NCBI RefSeq assembly: GCF_009914755.1
Contig: NC_060933.1
Length of the DNA stretch: 64,000 nt
Origin: the human T2T-CHM13v2.0 reference genome, Homo sapiens
Reading direction: 5' to 3' (one strand)
Shown: piece by piece, positions 13,215-28,284 of the stretch
How positions within the stretch are numbered: position 1 is the stretch's first letter
Layout of the letters: each line of letters starts with the position of its first letter
Notes under the pieces: generated by a model
What the model was told of the DNA's origin: nothing
Database searches by the model: none
Seen by the model: the letters and a program-made list of their open reading frames with translations, nothing else
Made by a program: the position numbers and the translations under genes

Positions 13215-13395
13215 TGCATAGGACCCTCGCTGTGTGCCAGTCACTGTGCCAAAGAGCTTTACAAACTCGCCCTCATTCATTCTCATCGTACAAATGAGAA
13301 AGCAGAGGTCCAGAGAGGATAGAAAACTTGCCCAAGGCCACACAGCTAATCAGAGTCAGAGGCTAGAGCTGAGCCAGCAGCTAGACTTCAGAATC
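13215..13395 (-). mobile_element. MIR
   Basis: 'tacaaatgagaaagcagagg...acttgcccaaggccacacagcta'. Confidence 0.7.
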
Positions 13396-13763
13396 TGTGT
13401 CCTGTGTTAGAATGGAGCAGAGGCATACGAGTACAGCGGCTTTCTTCTCGGCCGCTTGCAGCATGTCTGAGAGAGGAAGCAAGGGGTCTCGACATCCTCC
13501 CCACAGCAAAGGGAGAGATCTCAGCACCCAATCTGTCAATTTTCTTGGGTATAAGTTATTTGCTCAGAGAATGTGCTTGACAAATTATTTTACAAATGAA
13601 TGAATAATCAACGAAGAAGCGCATCAACAAATGTAGTCTTCTGAAGACCCCTGTAAATAAGGCTACCAGAATATGCTGGAAAGGTCACAAAGAGAAACAC
13701 TGGATTCACTTTTAGCCCAAACTATGGATAATGCTCAATCTTAGCATCTATTCTTGGCATATG

Positions 13764-13966
13764 CAGTAAATCCTCAGTTAATGTCATTGATAGGTTCTTG
13801 GAAACTTCAACTTTAAGCAAAATGATGTACAGTGTGATAGAACCAATTTTACCATAGACTAATTGATATAAACAAGAGTTAAATTGCTACAGCATACAGT
13901 ATGTCATTTTGCTTAAAGTCACAGTTTCCAAGAACCTATAGACGACATTAAGAGAAGACTTAGCTG
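13764..13966. mobile_element. MER6-family (Tigger-type) MITE with ~67-bp terminal inverted repeats
   Basis: The left end 'cagtaaatcctcagttaatgtcattgataggttcttggaaac...ctttaagcaaaatga' is the approximate reverse complement of the right end 'tcattttgcttaaag...gtttccaagaacctat...cttagctg'. Confidence 0.8.
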
Positions 13967-13995
13967 TGTTTTCTTCTATTAATTATATTTGTATA

Positions 13996-14372
13996 TGTGG
14001 CAGGCTGGCTAGCTGCTCACCAAACTTAGAGCTGTGTTTCCCAGCTTCTTCTGAAGTAAGGTGTACCATGAAATGGATTCTCTCCAGGGGAATGTGAATG
14101 GAATTGATGAATGTCACTTTCTAGCTGTGGCGGTTAAGAAATAAGTGTGTGTCTTCTTTCTTCTTTCATTTTCCTCGTCTGCTGACAGAATGAAGAGGAC
14201 CCTGAAGCCCTAGGAGACAAGAACAGAACCACAAGATGGAAAGAGTTTGGGTTCCCAGAAGGTGGCCCACCAACTGTCAATATCTGTGTTGGATGTTCAC
14301 CTGAATGAAAAAACTTTTATTGTATTGAACCACTGGAGTTTGGGAATTTGTTACAGCTGCTAGCATTACCTT
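13996..14372 (+). mobile_element. Old MaLR LTR (MLT1I/J-like)
   Basis: Starts 'tgtggcaggc' and ends with 'ccactggagtttgggaatttgttacagctgctagcattacc'. Confidence 0.6.
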
Positions 14373-16169
14373 GTTTATTTTGTTGTTGGTAAACTGGTAA
14401 ATCTATAACTAATAAATAACAGGAACATACGAAGGATGCCTCAGAAGCTCCCTCTTCCTCTCTACTAAAGGTACAGGAATGGTTATTATAGTTTAAAAGG
14501 CAGTTTTACATAGTCATTGAACCCTTACAACTTGGCATATTTACTGTTATATGGAGAAGATTGGAATTCAGTTAAGTGGCTTCTCCAAGGTCACTCAACT
14601 GGCAATTAAGAGGGAGATGCGGACTCCAACCAAGGCTTGTCTGGTATTGCAGCCTCTACTACTTCTGTCACGGCACAGTAATAAATGTGAAATTCTATGG
14701 GGATAAGTTCCCTTTCTGTCAATATCATGTCCAAGATGTTTGGACATGTCCTTCTCCCTCCTTCTTTTCACCTTTGTCTCTGCCAGAGTTTCTTTAGGAT
14801 GCAGTGCCCAAGGCTTGTGATTAAAAACAGCTGCAGAAGCAGGAGCAAAACATTACCTAAAAATAAGTAGCACCTCAGAACACAATGTGCATGGACTTCT
14901 GGGAGGTGGACAGAGTTGGTGGGGTGTGTGACATAGAGCTGCCGCAGGGAAAGCTTTGGTTCTCCACAACAGGCATCTCTTTCTGTGGTTGGCTATTCCT
15001 GGGAGTCTCAATGAACTTGATCTCAGAATCCAGGGCAAAAAAAATGGACTCACTCTTCTGCTAAGGAATGAGAAAACTTCCTTTAAGAGTTCATTATCCA
15101 ATTGGTTCAAACGTATTTAATAAAATGGAAGAACTCTCATCGAAAATATTAGGTAAAAAAAATGATGCAAAATAGCCTAATCAAAATTTAATTAATATTT
15201 TTATACACACACAGTTTGCAAAAAGATTGAAAGAATACACCTCAGTGTTAACAGGAGGTATTTCTGTATGATGAGCACAGGGTTGAAATTTATTTATGTT
15301 TAAATTCTTTTCTGTCATTTTTAATTTTTGTAAAATAAACACATACTACTTTTGGAATTAGAAAAACATGTTAAGAAAAAAAAGTAGAGGTTAGTTTGCC
15401 CTGAATTAATTTAATTTTAAAATAGACTTTGCTTGTTTTCAAATTATAGCTTTGTCAAGAGATACAAAAATTAAATGAGCTACATGTTCTGTAACAAATA
15501 ATAAATTTATATTTGTGTTATAAATTATATAATGCGCTATCAGACTAAAATTGAAAGCTACCATACAGATTATTCATATAATATTCAATTTCAAACTTTT
15601 AGATTTATTCTGAATTGCCTAATCCACTACAGAGTTCAGATAACATAAATTTTCATTTTGTTTTTGATATTTTGATTTTATTTTTCCTAAAAAAAATGAC
15701 ACAAGCAAATAAACTACAAATGCAAACCTGTGTAGCTAAAATTGAAAAGCAAACTAGATCACAAAACATGTATATAAATTTGACAGAAAGTTGAGATTTA
15801 CATTTTTTAAAGAGTATTTAAAAAGTTATTTATAAGAAAATAATCAAGTCTCTAATAGGTAAATGAGCAAAAGCTATAAGCATATTTTTCTAAAAATATA
15901 TAACTAATAAAATAACAAATGTATAAATGCATTTATACATTTCATAATCATAATCAATGCAATGCAATATAAGCAACTATTCTAGACCCCAAATCCTGAC
16001 AAAAATAATTGTGAAACTAGAAAACTCCTCTCCAGTCTTCTTGGAATTACCTTAGTGAGCTTCAAGAGCCAGAGCTGCCACTCTGATTCTTTCTTTTAGT
16101 TATTCCAATTATGGAAATCTGCTTTGCAGGTAATTCAACAGAAAAGTTTAAATGAAGAAAAAATTAATT

Positions 16170-16441
16170 TGAGATGGAGTCTCACTCTGTCACCCAGGCT
16201 GGAGTGCAGTGGTGCGATCTCAGCTGATTACAACCTCTGCCTCCTGGGTTCAAGGGATTCTCATGCCTTAGCCTCCTGAGTAGCTGGGATTACCAGTGTG
16301 TGCCTCCACACCTGGCTCATTTTTGTAGTTTTAGTAGAGACAGGGTTTCACCATGTTGGCCAGGCTGGTCTTGAACTCCTGACCTCAAGCAATGCATTCC
16401 CAAAGTGCTGGGATTACAGGTATGAGCCACGGTGCCCGGTC
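16170..16441 (-). mobile_element. AluS
   Basis: Dimer with a short deletion in the left arm. Confidence 0.9.
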
Positions 16442-16947
16442 TAATATTTTCTTAAAGTATAAGGAAAAATGCTTGAAACAACTCAACTGATTCATGGAAT
16501 AGGAACAGAAGTAAATTTTTGTGTCCCGACTTAATGGAATAATATAAAGCAATGATTACAATGGCAATTATGAAAACAATAGAACTATAGAAAATATTTA
16601 TCATGCAATATTAAATATTAAAGAATATTCAACTATATTTCTGCTATGACTTTAATAGTAAAATTATTTGCACCTACAATCAGGGATGGAAAAGAAGAAA
16701 AAATGAAAGTAGTTAGATCTCAGTGAGGTTGTGAATGAACTTCTCTCCTTCTTTAAGCTTTAAAAAAATTGTTTGAATGTATATATGAATGAAAAGAAAG
16801 AAAATTTATATTTCTTCTTATCTCCATAAAGAAAATGTTTCTAAATACGACTCTCTGTGAGATTTGAGTTGATATAATACCTCTTTTAGAAATAAAATGA
16901 TTAAAAATCACTACAACAGATTAATTAAACAAATATTTATTGAACTT

Positions 16948-17411
16948 TGTGTTGCTTTCCATTGCTGCTGTAACAATTTCCGCAAACAGGGTGGCTTAAA
17001 ACAACACAAATATATTATCTGATGGTTCTGTAAGTTAGAAGTCAGACACAGGTCTCACTGGGTTAAGATCAAAGTGTTGACAGGGCTGTATTCTTTCTGC
17101 AGGCTTTAGAGGAGAATCCATTTTCCCCTCTTTTCCAGTTTCTAGTGGTCACCTGCATTTCTTGGCTCATGGCCTCTTCCTCCATCTTCAAAGCCAGTAA
17201 TGGTGGGTTGAGTCCTTCTCCACATTGCATCACTTTGCCCCTCTCTTCTGCCTCTTCTTCCACTTTTAAGGACTCATATGATTAGATTGGGCCCACTGGG
17301 TTAATCTCGCTTATTTTGAGGTCAGTTGATTAACCACCTTAATTGCATCTGAAATTTTAATTCCCTTTTGCCATGTAAAGTAACATATTAATCATCATTC
17401 TGCCTACTCCC
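16948..17411 (-). mobile_element. MLT1D MaLR solo LTR inserted into an L2
   Basis: 'ggcttaaaacaacacaaat...tcctccatcttcaaagccag...cattctgcctac'. L2 text 'caaatatttattga' resumes as 'ctctgtgccag'. Confidence 0.85.
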
Positions 17412-19778
17412 AGCTCTTCCTCTGTGCCAGATGTAGTGCTAGGAGATGCTGGGGAATTGGAGAGATGGGTACAAAGATGAAGTTCATGGTTAGATATTGA
17501 GATCAGCTCTGGAAGAGAATGCGTACAACACCATGGAGACAGTGCTTAGGCTCACAATAAATTAATAGATGATTTGCAGAGACTTGGGAGAGAAGCATGG
17601 TTCCTTCTGGGCAACTCGAGGGAGGTATCATTGTGGATTAGCATTTGAATTGGGCATGAAAAGACAGGTAGGAATTGGATACAAAAAGCAGGCAGAGGAA
17701 ACCAATAGTATTTCAAGTCAGAGATAGCAGATCTAAACTGGTGAAATAGCCATTTTTGTAAGGGGAAATGATCAAATATTTATTTTTTAGTTCAACCTCA
17801 TACATCAAAGCAAAATGCATGGAGGCATATGACAGCAATAAATGTTGGAGGAAAAATTCAGAAAGCCACTTCCCCCCTTTTCTAAGTTTGAACTTCTAGT
17901 TTGTTTGCTTTATCAGCTGTTCATTTTCTGATTTTTTCCTTACACAGCCTTGAAGGTGCCAGTTATGCAGCTCTTTTCCAAGAAAAGTAGCCTCTTAGTA
18001 TTTTTTTTTTATGACATATAAAGCCTTATGCTTTCAGTAGGACAAATTCTGCTGTCTTGATTTGACCAGCTGGAGCTAAAGGCTGACTAATAGAGAAACT
18101 CCTCCCTGGTGCCAATCATCTGGCCCTATCAGACTTTGCTTAGGGCAGTTGAACGGGAGAGATCAAGACATAGCAGAAACTCTGGGAGAGAGGGTGGGGT
18201 GGAGGTGGGAGAGAGAGTGAGAGAGAGGAAGAGCTAGGCAAGTATTGGTTCAGAGCTGCTATTGCACCCTTAAATAAGTTTCCCACTACTGAAGGCTTCC
18301 TGGATGTGTATCTGTTTCTTGAAATCAATAAAAATAGTGTTTGGCATGTTTCAAGGAAAAATCATGAGATATCACCAAACCTCTGAGTTTGTGTCTGCAG
18401 GTTATTTTGATTATTAAGATTTTCATATTGGCTTGATTATTCATGAGCTGGAAACAGTCCTTGTGGTAGCCAAGTGCTGGATACCTTATCTCACACAGCT
18501 CCTAATTCAGATAAGTACCCAGGGATTTTTTTTCTCCCAAGTCCTGACCAGACATTATAACACATCACATCACTTTATTGCTCTGAGTTCAGGTCAGGAT
18601 AAGGATGCTCCTAAATGCCTCGGTGTAAAATTCAGAGAAGATGCCACACAGAGAATAGTATTGCTGTGGACTCTGCCTCAATACCCAACTCTAAATGGCA
18701 AAAATGAAAAGATATGGTTAGAATGAATTGCAAGCCTTTGCATTCAAATTTATGGAGTTTTCCCCCCGTAAGAATAGAACTCAATAAAAATTCAAGGCAG
18801 GGGAGGGGTCATGAGGACTGCTGGGTTACAACGCAGGCAAACCTCTAAAGAAAGAATATAGTAGACCAGCTAATACATTAATTTGAGAAAGAGAAAAAAG
18901 GGTGACAAAATGAAAGAAGACACCTTTGAGTGGTATTATTAGTAATTACCATTATAAAATGGAATAAAATTAAAGCAGACAAGAAAAATAGAGAAAAGAC
19001 ATGGTTCACAAAGCATTTCTCATAAATTCAGAAATAGGGAGATTTTGACACAACCCCTTTTTATAATCATAAGCTTCAAGGAATTATAAAAAGGACATTA
19101 GAAACAATAATTGGCAAACTGGAAATCATTACCAGCCAACAGGAAGCAATAGAAAATAGTCTTGCAGATGAGAGGGTAAGGACAAGCAAAGCCAAGAAAT
19201 TCTATAAGTTGGGCTTTGAAACAAGAGACAGTCTTGAGGACTGGCAGAGGAGAGATGTTCTCCAAGCTATAGGTAAATTTGAAGGAAGCAAAAAGGAAAA
19301 TAGGAGGAAAAGAGGAAGAAAACAAAGGAAAATTCTTACAATAAGTTTCCTGAATAACTATCACAGAAACAGCCCAGGAGCACCTGCAAAGAGAAACCCA
19401 AATAAAGTTGCACCAGGATAATTAGTGGCCAAAAATTCTTGAAGTCCCTGTGTAAATAAAATACCTTAACATATGGAAAAAGAAAAATTCTATCCTGTAT
19501 GTCTCAATATAATAAAAATAGTACCATATTTAGCGACGGCCACTCTAAGAAAAAAATGCAGTGAATGGTTCCTGAGTTATTCCAAAAATAAGAGCCCAAC
19601 CCCAGTTTTGGTTTCAAGCCAAAACACACCTTTGCCTGGAAAGGGAAGACAAGACTTTTACACAGCCTCAAGATCCACAAAAATTAATCAGTCTTGGTGC
19701 TGCAAGAACACCTTCAGAGGTCAGAAAGTTTTCTTATCCTCTTATCCCAGGTGGGCTTAAGACAAGGGCTGTGTTGTA

Positions 19779-19884
19779 TAAGATGACCAGCCATCCTGGT
19801 TTGCCTGGGATTGTGGGTTTCCAGGGATGCAGGACTTTCAGTGCTAAAACTGTGACAGTCCCAAACTGAGATGGTTGCCATCCT
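19779..19884. mobile_element. MER81 (hAT-Blackjack MITE)
   Basis: 'tgaccagccatcctggtttgcctggga...ggactttcagtgctaaaac...ggttgccatccta'. Confidence 0.7.
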
Positions 19885-20059
19885 AGTGCTAGTTTCCCCT
19901 ATGTGACAACACAGTCAAGCTAATTGGGCTCAAATGTTAGTAAATATACATGTTTCAAATCCTTGAAATTCTTCAGGTGCTGCATTTTACAATTTATTAT
20001 TACTTTTCTTTTTTTCTAGGGAAAATGACCCTAAAATGTTCAGCATTTGATCGTTAATT

Positions 20060-20510
20060 TATCCATTCAATTAAATATGTATTGCAAGCTTTATATGCCC
20101 TGGGCTGGGTATGGGGTTGCAATGGCAAGTAAGCGCCTCCCTTAATGGAGCTTAGAGTCTAAGTGGGAGAGGAAGGTATGAAACCAACAGACATATATAT
20201 GCTTATAATTAGAAATGTGATTGATGGTACAAAGGAAAAGAAGTGATATGATTGAGAAGGGCTTGGGGGATATAGCTTGGACTAGGGGAGGGGAGGTCTG
20301 GTCAGAAAAGCCCTTTTAAGGAAATGATATGCAAACTGAGACCTGAAGGATGCAAGGAGAGAGAAGCTAGAGGAAGAGTCAGGCTGCACTGGGGAAATGA
20401 TGTTGCGGATGGAGGCAGAGGGCAGAGAGGTTCCAGATGAGGAGCAGCATGTGCAAAGTTCCTGAGGCAGGAAGGAGCTTGTTGAGTTGAAGGAGTTGTG
20501 AGAAGGCTGA
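20060..20510 (-). mobile_element. L2 fragment
   Basis: 'cattcaattaaatatgtattg...tggagcttagagtctaagtggg...agcatgtgcaaagttcctgagg'. Confidence 0.7.
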
Positions 20511-21244
20511 TGTCTTATATGAATTACAGGGAAAGAGAATTGCTTTTCAGCTGGAAGAGCTAGGAGGACCAGAAGCAATGGTGGTAAAAATGGTCCAAGC
20601 AGAATTGTTGGATGGGAGAGAGTGACAGACACAGGGATACATAGACATATTGAGAGATACACGCAGAGGGAAGAGAAACCAAGAAGGTTAAAGGTTAATG
20701 GTGGATGGTGATTCTTTCTGCTTGAACTCTTCTAATAGTAGTAGCCTCTAATATTAGTATAGTGGCCCTGAGGTCTTTCTTGACAAACACATATTTTACA
20801 AGGCTTTTGAACACAGATGGAAGCAGAAACTCTGAAACAGCCAAAAATAAGACAACAGCAGAGATTTAGAAGGTCATGCCATAGAGGATACAACCCTACT
20901 GAATCTGAGATTTGCTAAAACGAACAGAAAAAAACCACAAAGGCTGTCTTCAGCTAAGTGCCAGAAGGGGTGCTGGCGTGTCTCATGTCCAGAAGACCCA
21001 GAAATGGCTGAATATTGCTCACCACTCCATCTTAAGAGGTCCCCAAAGAGGTATACCTGAGGGACTATGGCATACCAAAGCAGCATATTCTTGCTGAGCT
21101 TGTGCCCAAACTGTAAAGTAAAGCTCTGGTAAACTTGGCTGAGAGTGTGACCGAGGCCCAAAGCTTAAGGGGGGCTTCTCTCAATGGTGAGGGCTAAACT
21201 CAAGTCATATGACCAGTCTGCATCAGCCTCAGGAGGTCAGAGGC

Positions 21245-21598
21245 TGTCTTAGCCTGTTCAGGCTGCTATAACCAAAAACTATAAACTGGGTGGTTTATCA
21301 ACAATAGAAATTTATATCTCACAGTTCTGGAGGCTAAAAGGCACAAGGTGCCAGTAGATTTCATGTCTAGTGATGACCTGTTTCCTGGTTCATAGATTGT
21401 GCCTTCTTACTGTGTCTTTATGTGGTGGAAGGAGTGAGGGTCTTTCCGGGACCTCTTTTATAAGACACCAATCTCATTCATGAGGACCCTACCCCCATGA
21501 CCTAATCACCTTTCAGAGGCCCCTTCCTAATACCATCGCCTTGGGAGTTAGGATTTCAACACATGAATTCAGATCACAGAAACATTCAGACCATGGCA
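21245..21598 (-). mobile_element. MLT1A/MLT1A0 MaLR solo LTR
   Basis: TG...CA ends with a perfect 5-bp TSD GAGGC (21240-21244, 21599-21603). Contains 'catgacctaatcacct' and 'ggatttcaacacatgaatt'. Confidence 0.9.
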
Positions 21599-23641
21599 GA
21601 GGCCAAATAACACTCATCAGAAAGAGAGAGTGAACTGCAGGATCATATCTCCTCCCATGAAGAAGACTCTGGTGCTCTCATCACCAAGTTCATGAAAAAG
21701 AACAAATAGAGGGGGTGAGCCACACGCCAATAGGCATGATTGTGAATTACTCAGGGCCTTTCCCACAGGTACACATAGCCCAGTCAGGGCCCTGGAATCT
21801 GAGCTTGCAGCTCGGAATCCACTTCTCTTGGAGCAAAGCAAGGAGATGGCTGTAGATGGGTGGAGAGTTTGAGTGCACCTGTTCCTTTAGAGGCCTCCAT
21901 TCCTGTAAACCCAGTGGCCTAACAGCCAAGACTAAGGTTGACTAGGGCATGCGCCACCTTTCTTGGGGAAGGAGATTAGCAGGCTGCATGGGAAATCCTA
22001 CTGTGATGTCCCCATAGCTGCTGCGATTGGGATAAATGTCAGATGGTCCACAACTCTAGGTAAAAGAGAGACAACAAAACTACTCCTTTCCATTCTGTGT
22101 CCAAAGTCTCCTTTGAGAAGGAGATGTCAACTGGAAAGGATCAGGCAAATGTAATTAGAAGGGATTGGAAACCTGAGACCAAGGAAGAGAGGGGAGTGGA
22201 TTCAAGTCTCCCAGCCTAATTACGTTTCACCTTAGTGTACTAGAAAAGTGCAGGGAGGTGGGCTCAGTGATTCTGAGTCATTGGAGAGTCAAATCTCCCT
22301 GAAAAACTACACGCTATAAAAGATCATGTACATTTGAAAAGTGAAAGAACATGAAGTTTTAACAATATAAAAAAGGAAGTAAGAAATTAAAAAATGGAAA
22401 GTGATGAAGGGTCAGTTCCAGAAAACTGGGCACTGTAAACGTTCCGTGGGGTAAGCTATCTGGTGCATAAGAACCCTGGGAGGTGAGTCATATTTTCCAC
22501 ACTTTATAATAGAGGAAGCTTAGGTTTATAAAAAAAACTTTATGACAGTTGGTGAGGATCTAGGAATTAAACCCACATATGTTGATGTGGAGACATAGTC
22601 AAATACAATTAAAACTCTCTCCGGTGGCTCCAGTATACCATGTCACCTCTCTAAATGACACGCAAGCAATCCTGAAAAACTTCTAGCACCGGTTACCAGG
22701 CATGATGATCTATATGAATCCACACTTGTGGTTCCTGGGTTAGCTGGTTCTATTAAGCCTTAGCAAATAAATATTGTTTCTTTTTGTTTTTGTGGACTGG
22801 CAGAGAGGAGCTGCCAAATCTCTATATCTTGGCATCAGCAAGTCATCTAGATAATTTTTTGAGAGCTGGATGCTTTTCCTAAAGCACAACTGAATCCATA
22901 ACCTGTTCATTACTCAGGGTAAACCTGTAGGGAAAATTTTTCTATGACTCCAAACTCCATCTTTGGACCTGTTAATGATTGTAAATAAAGTCTAGGTGAA
23001 GAGGTAAAAAGGTGTGTTTTAGAGTTTGAAAGATGAAACAAAAGAAAGAGTCATGGCTAAACCATTGGACAGGGTGGGACAACTGACCTAAACCAAGATG
23101 ATGGAATTTAGCCAAACTAATAGTCCAATGCTCAGCCATGGGGAGCCTCTCTGTTTACCAAGAAGACCAGGAAGAGGCTTTCTCTACAGAAATACAGGCT
23201 CTGGCTAGCAGCAGGCTGCACAGGAGCAAAGGGAAAGTCAACATGTGGATGCAGATGTGGGTGGCCTCTCCCAGGAGACTGAGGCCCCAGGTGAGCAGGG
23301 CCACCATTTCCAGATGGTCCTCTGAGAACATCGCTTTTTTATTTGGGGGCGTGTGTGTGGTGCAAGACCAGGGGTTGGGACACATGTTACATCAAGTTCT
23401 TGTCCCATTCTCCTTTGCTTCCAGAAGGCAGAATAAGAGCTTCCATCAAAACAATGACAAACAGCAACTCTCTCCATGGTTAACTAAATCTACAGGCACC
23501 TACATGCCAAACAGCACAGAGAAGCATTCAAAGCCAAGCCAAGTATGTATGCTAAGAAATTTCGAAATAATTTTAAACTCAAGGAAGTCAATACATTGTG
23601 TGGATTTTAAAATATAGCTCAAGTATAACTGGAAACTCTGA

Positions 23642-23893
<252 letters not shown>

Positions 23894-24004
23894 TGAATAA
23901 AGAGAAAGTCACAAAAAATGAAGTCAAAAGCAGAGAGGATGGGCTCAGCCAAATTTTCAGTGTTATTGAAAAGCCACCGGGTCACATGAGGCTAATGTGA
24001 AATA

Positions 24005-24190
24005 TAGCAGACACAGGCTTCGGAGTTGGAAAGACCTGGGTTTGAATCACACTCTGCCACTTAGTGTCTGGCTTAGTATTGTCATATAGTAAATGGACTA
24101 ATAATACTTATTTTAGGAAGATTAATTGAGGTGATGTCTGCAGAGCGTTTAGTACAGAGCCAGAACCATAATAAACACTCAAATTTATTA
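24005..24190 (+). mobile_element. MIR
   Basis: 'agacctgggtttgaatcacactctgccactta'. Confidence 0.7.
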
Positions 24191-24742
24191 TTGTTGCTAT
24201 TATTGTTGTTATCATCATTATAGTAGAGTGTATAAAATCATGTTGAAAATCCTCATCATCAACGGATTAAAAAAATCACTTTAATAATAGACCCAGGAGG
24301 CAACTAATCCATTAAATTCCCAAGCCAGGGAAATACTCTGAGAAGCAAGCAAATTAAGTAGCAAATAGTGAAACTATCATTATAAGTTAACAGAGGGTTT
24401 CAACATCAAGCTTAAGACAATAGGTATCAAAAAAAAAAAAAAAGAAGAAGAAGACAACAATATTGGTCCAATTGCTTAGAGGTAATAAATTTATGCAGTA
24501 TTTAAGTATGTAAGAAATAACATTAGATAATATTACCTACTTAGAATATGCAAAGCTAAAATGTCTCTGCCAAAAGGCAGACAACAATGAAGTTTTAATG
24601 AAAAGAACAAATGGGATAACAACAAGGAAAGAGAAAAAGCTAATAATAGATTAAGAATTAATCACCAAAAGATGATGTTCACATAAAATAAGCTAAAAAT
24701 GCATACTATTTTCGCAACCAGAGAAATTAAAATAATTCATTA

Positions 24743-25133
<391 letters not shown>

Positions 25134-25703
25134 TTAACAATTAAAAAGTAATAATAATAAACATGAAAATAAGATAGCTAATTAGCAATCTCAAACATGT
25201 GGAAATAGGTCAGAAAGGAACATAAATATATATAGAAGATATATGTCACACATATCTATTTCTCAAGAAGCAGTAGGGTCTTTTTTGGTAAAAATTATGA
25301 ACCCAGAATTCAAGACAGAAAAATAAAACCAAGAAAATAGATAACATTTGGGTCTCTTTAGATACATAACTTACTATTGTGGAAGTTTCAGAAATATTAT
25401 TTTGTTTGTATTATTTTGTTTAAACAATACTGGACAAGGACATAGAAATCTAAATATAAAAACTATGTTGAGAGATTGACTCACCTTTCAAGCATGGCCA
25501 GTGTGACCTTCCTAATTCATATATTATTCCAACCTTAAAGAAATCTGATAGGTCTCTAGTGAATGTAAAATAAAGTTTAAACTTCATAGTCCACTGCTGA
25601 AGTCTCTGGCTAGAAGCAAATATCCTAAATCAGGCTGCCTGGATTGAAATCCCGCCTGCACCACTTTTTGGTATTACCTGAAACCTGGGATGTTACTCGT
25701 TAA

Positions 25704-26497
<794 letters not shown>

Positions 26498-27498
26498 CAC
26501 CTCTGTGCCTTTAATCTGGTGTTTTTAAAGGAAATTGAGGCCTGCTAAGGTCACAGATATAGTAAATAGCAAAACTTGGATCTGAACTCACCTCTGTTGA
26601 GTACCAGAGTCCTAACTTACTCCACTCCTACTTTTCATCTTATACTCACCTCCACTTGTATCAGATCAATTCCTTTCCAAAAAGAAATACCCCTAAACTA
26701 GGGAAAAAATACCTATTTGAAGGCATCAATAAACTACTGACTGAAGGGTCAAGATCATTGAAAGAAGGCAAATCCACTGAGATGAGCCTAGCGTTCTGCA
26801 TTGCTTTTCCTCTTGAAGCATTTACTGCTTCATAAGAGAAACTAAACAAACGGAGGCCTATTCCACATTCACAGATTAGAAGACTCCATATTATCACTTC
26901 TCTCAAATTAATTTATAGATTATTATAAGCCTAATCAAAATTTTAGCAGATTTGTGTCTGTGTGTAGGGAAATTAATAAGCTGCTTCCAAAAATTATATG
27001 GAGACGCAGAGGGCCCAGATTCCTAAGACAATCTTGAAGAACAAAATTGGAGGACTTACACTATCAGATAAAGCTACGGTAATTATAAGAGCATCGTATT
27101 GGTACAGAGAGAGACAGACAACCCAGTGGGATAGAATAGAAAGGCCAGAGATAGACTCATACATGTACAGTCACCTTATTTATGACAAAGGGGACATTGC
27201 AATATAGTGAGAAAAGATTGGTCTTTTTAATAAATGATTCTGGGTCAACTGGGTATCCATATGGAAAAAATATGAATCTTGTCATCTACTTCACACCTTA
27301 TGTAAAATCGACTCCAAGCGGATTATAGCTATAAATGTGACAGTTAAAATTATAAAGCTTCTAGAGGATAACACACGAGAATAGAGTGATGACTTTGGGG
27401 TAGACTGAGGGCTCTTAAACATTAGGGTGGAAGAAGCACTGAACAGAAAGGAGAATATTAGGAAGTTAGACTATATTAAAACTAAGAACTTCTGTCGA

Positions 27499-27933
<435 letters not shown>

Positions 27934-28197
27934 TTAGAAAAAGATAGACAATGCAAGTTTAAAAAATGTGAAAAACTTTGAACAAAACTTCAGAAGAGAG
28001 GATATCCAAAGGGCCAATAAACATGAAAAAGGGCTCAGGATTATTCATCAATTATCAGGAGAACAGATATTAAAATTACAAAGAGACAATGTGACATTCA
28101 CTAGAATGGCTAAGTCTAAAACATTGATAGTATCACATGTTGGTGAGGATGTGGCATAACTGAAACTCTCAAACATTGCTGGTAGAATGTAAATTTG

Positions 28198-28284
28198 GGA
28201 GTTAAGCCATTTAAAATTACTGGTATTTAAAATTACTGATATTCAATCAATGGGAAAAATGGCAACTTCTGAAGGTCAAACTAA
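28198..28284. mobile_element. Degenerate MADE2-like mariner MITE with an internal 15-bp duplication
   Basis: 'gttaagccat...aaattactgatattcaa...aaaaatggcaacttc...ggtcaaactaata' resembles MADE2. Confidence 0.45.

Noticed and set aside
23138-23617. 159-aa ORF and overlapping antisense ORFs
   Set aside because: No recognisable domain, splice context or pseudogene hallmarks; the length is compatible with chance.
26998-27207. 69-aa ORF similar to a reverse-transcriptase protein C-terminus
   Set aside because: Degraded L1 ORF2 remnant, not a gene.
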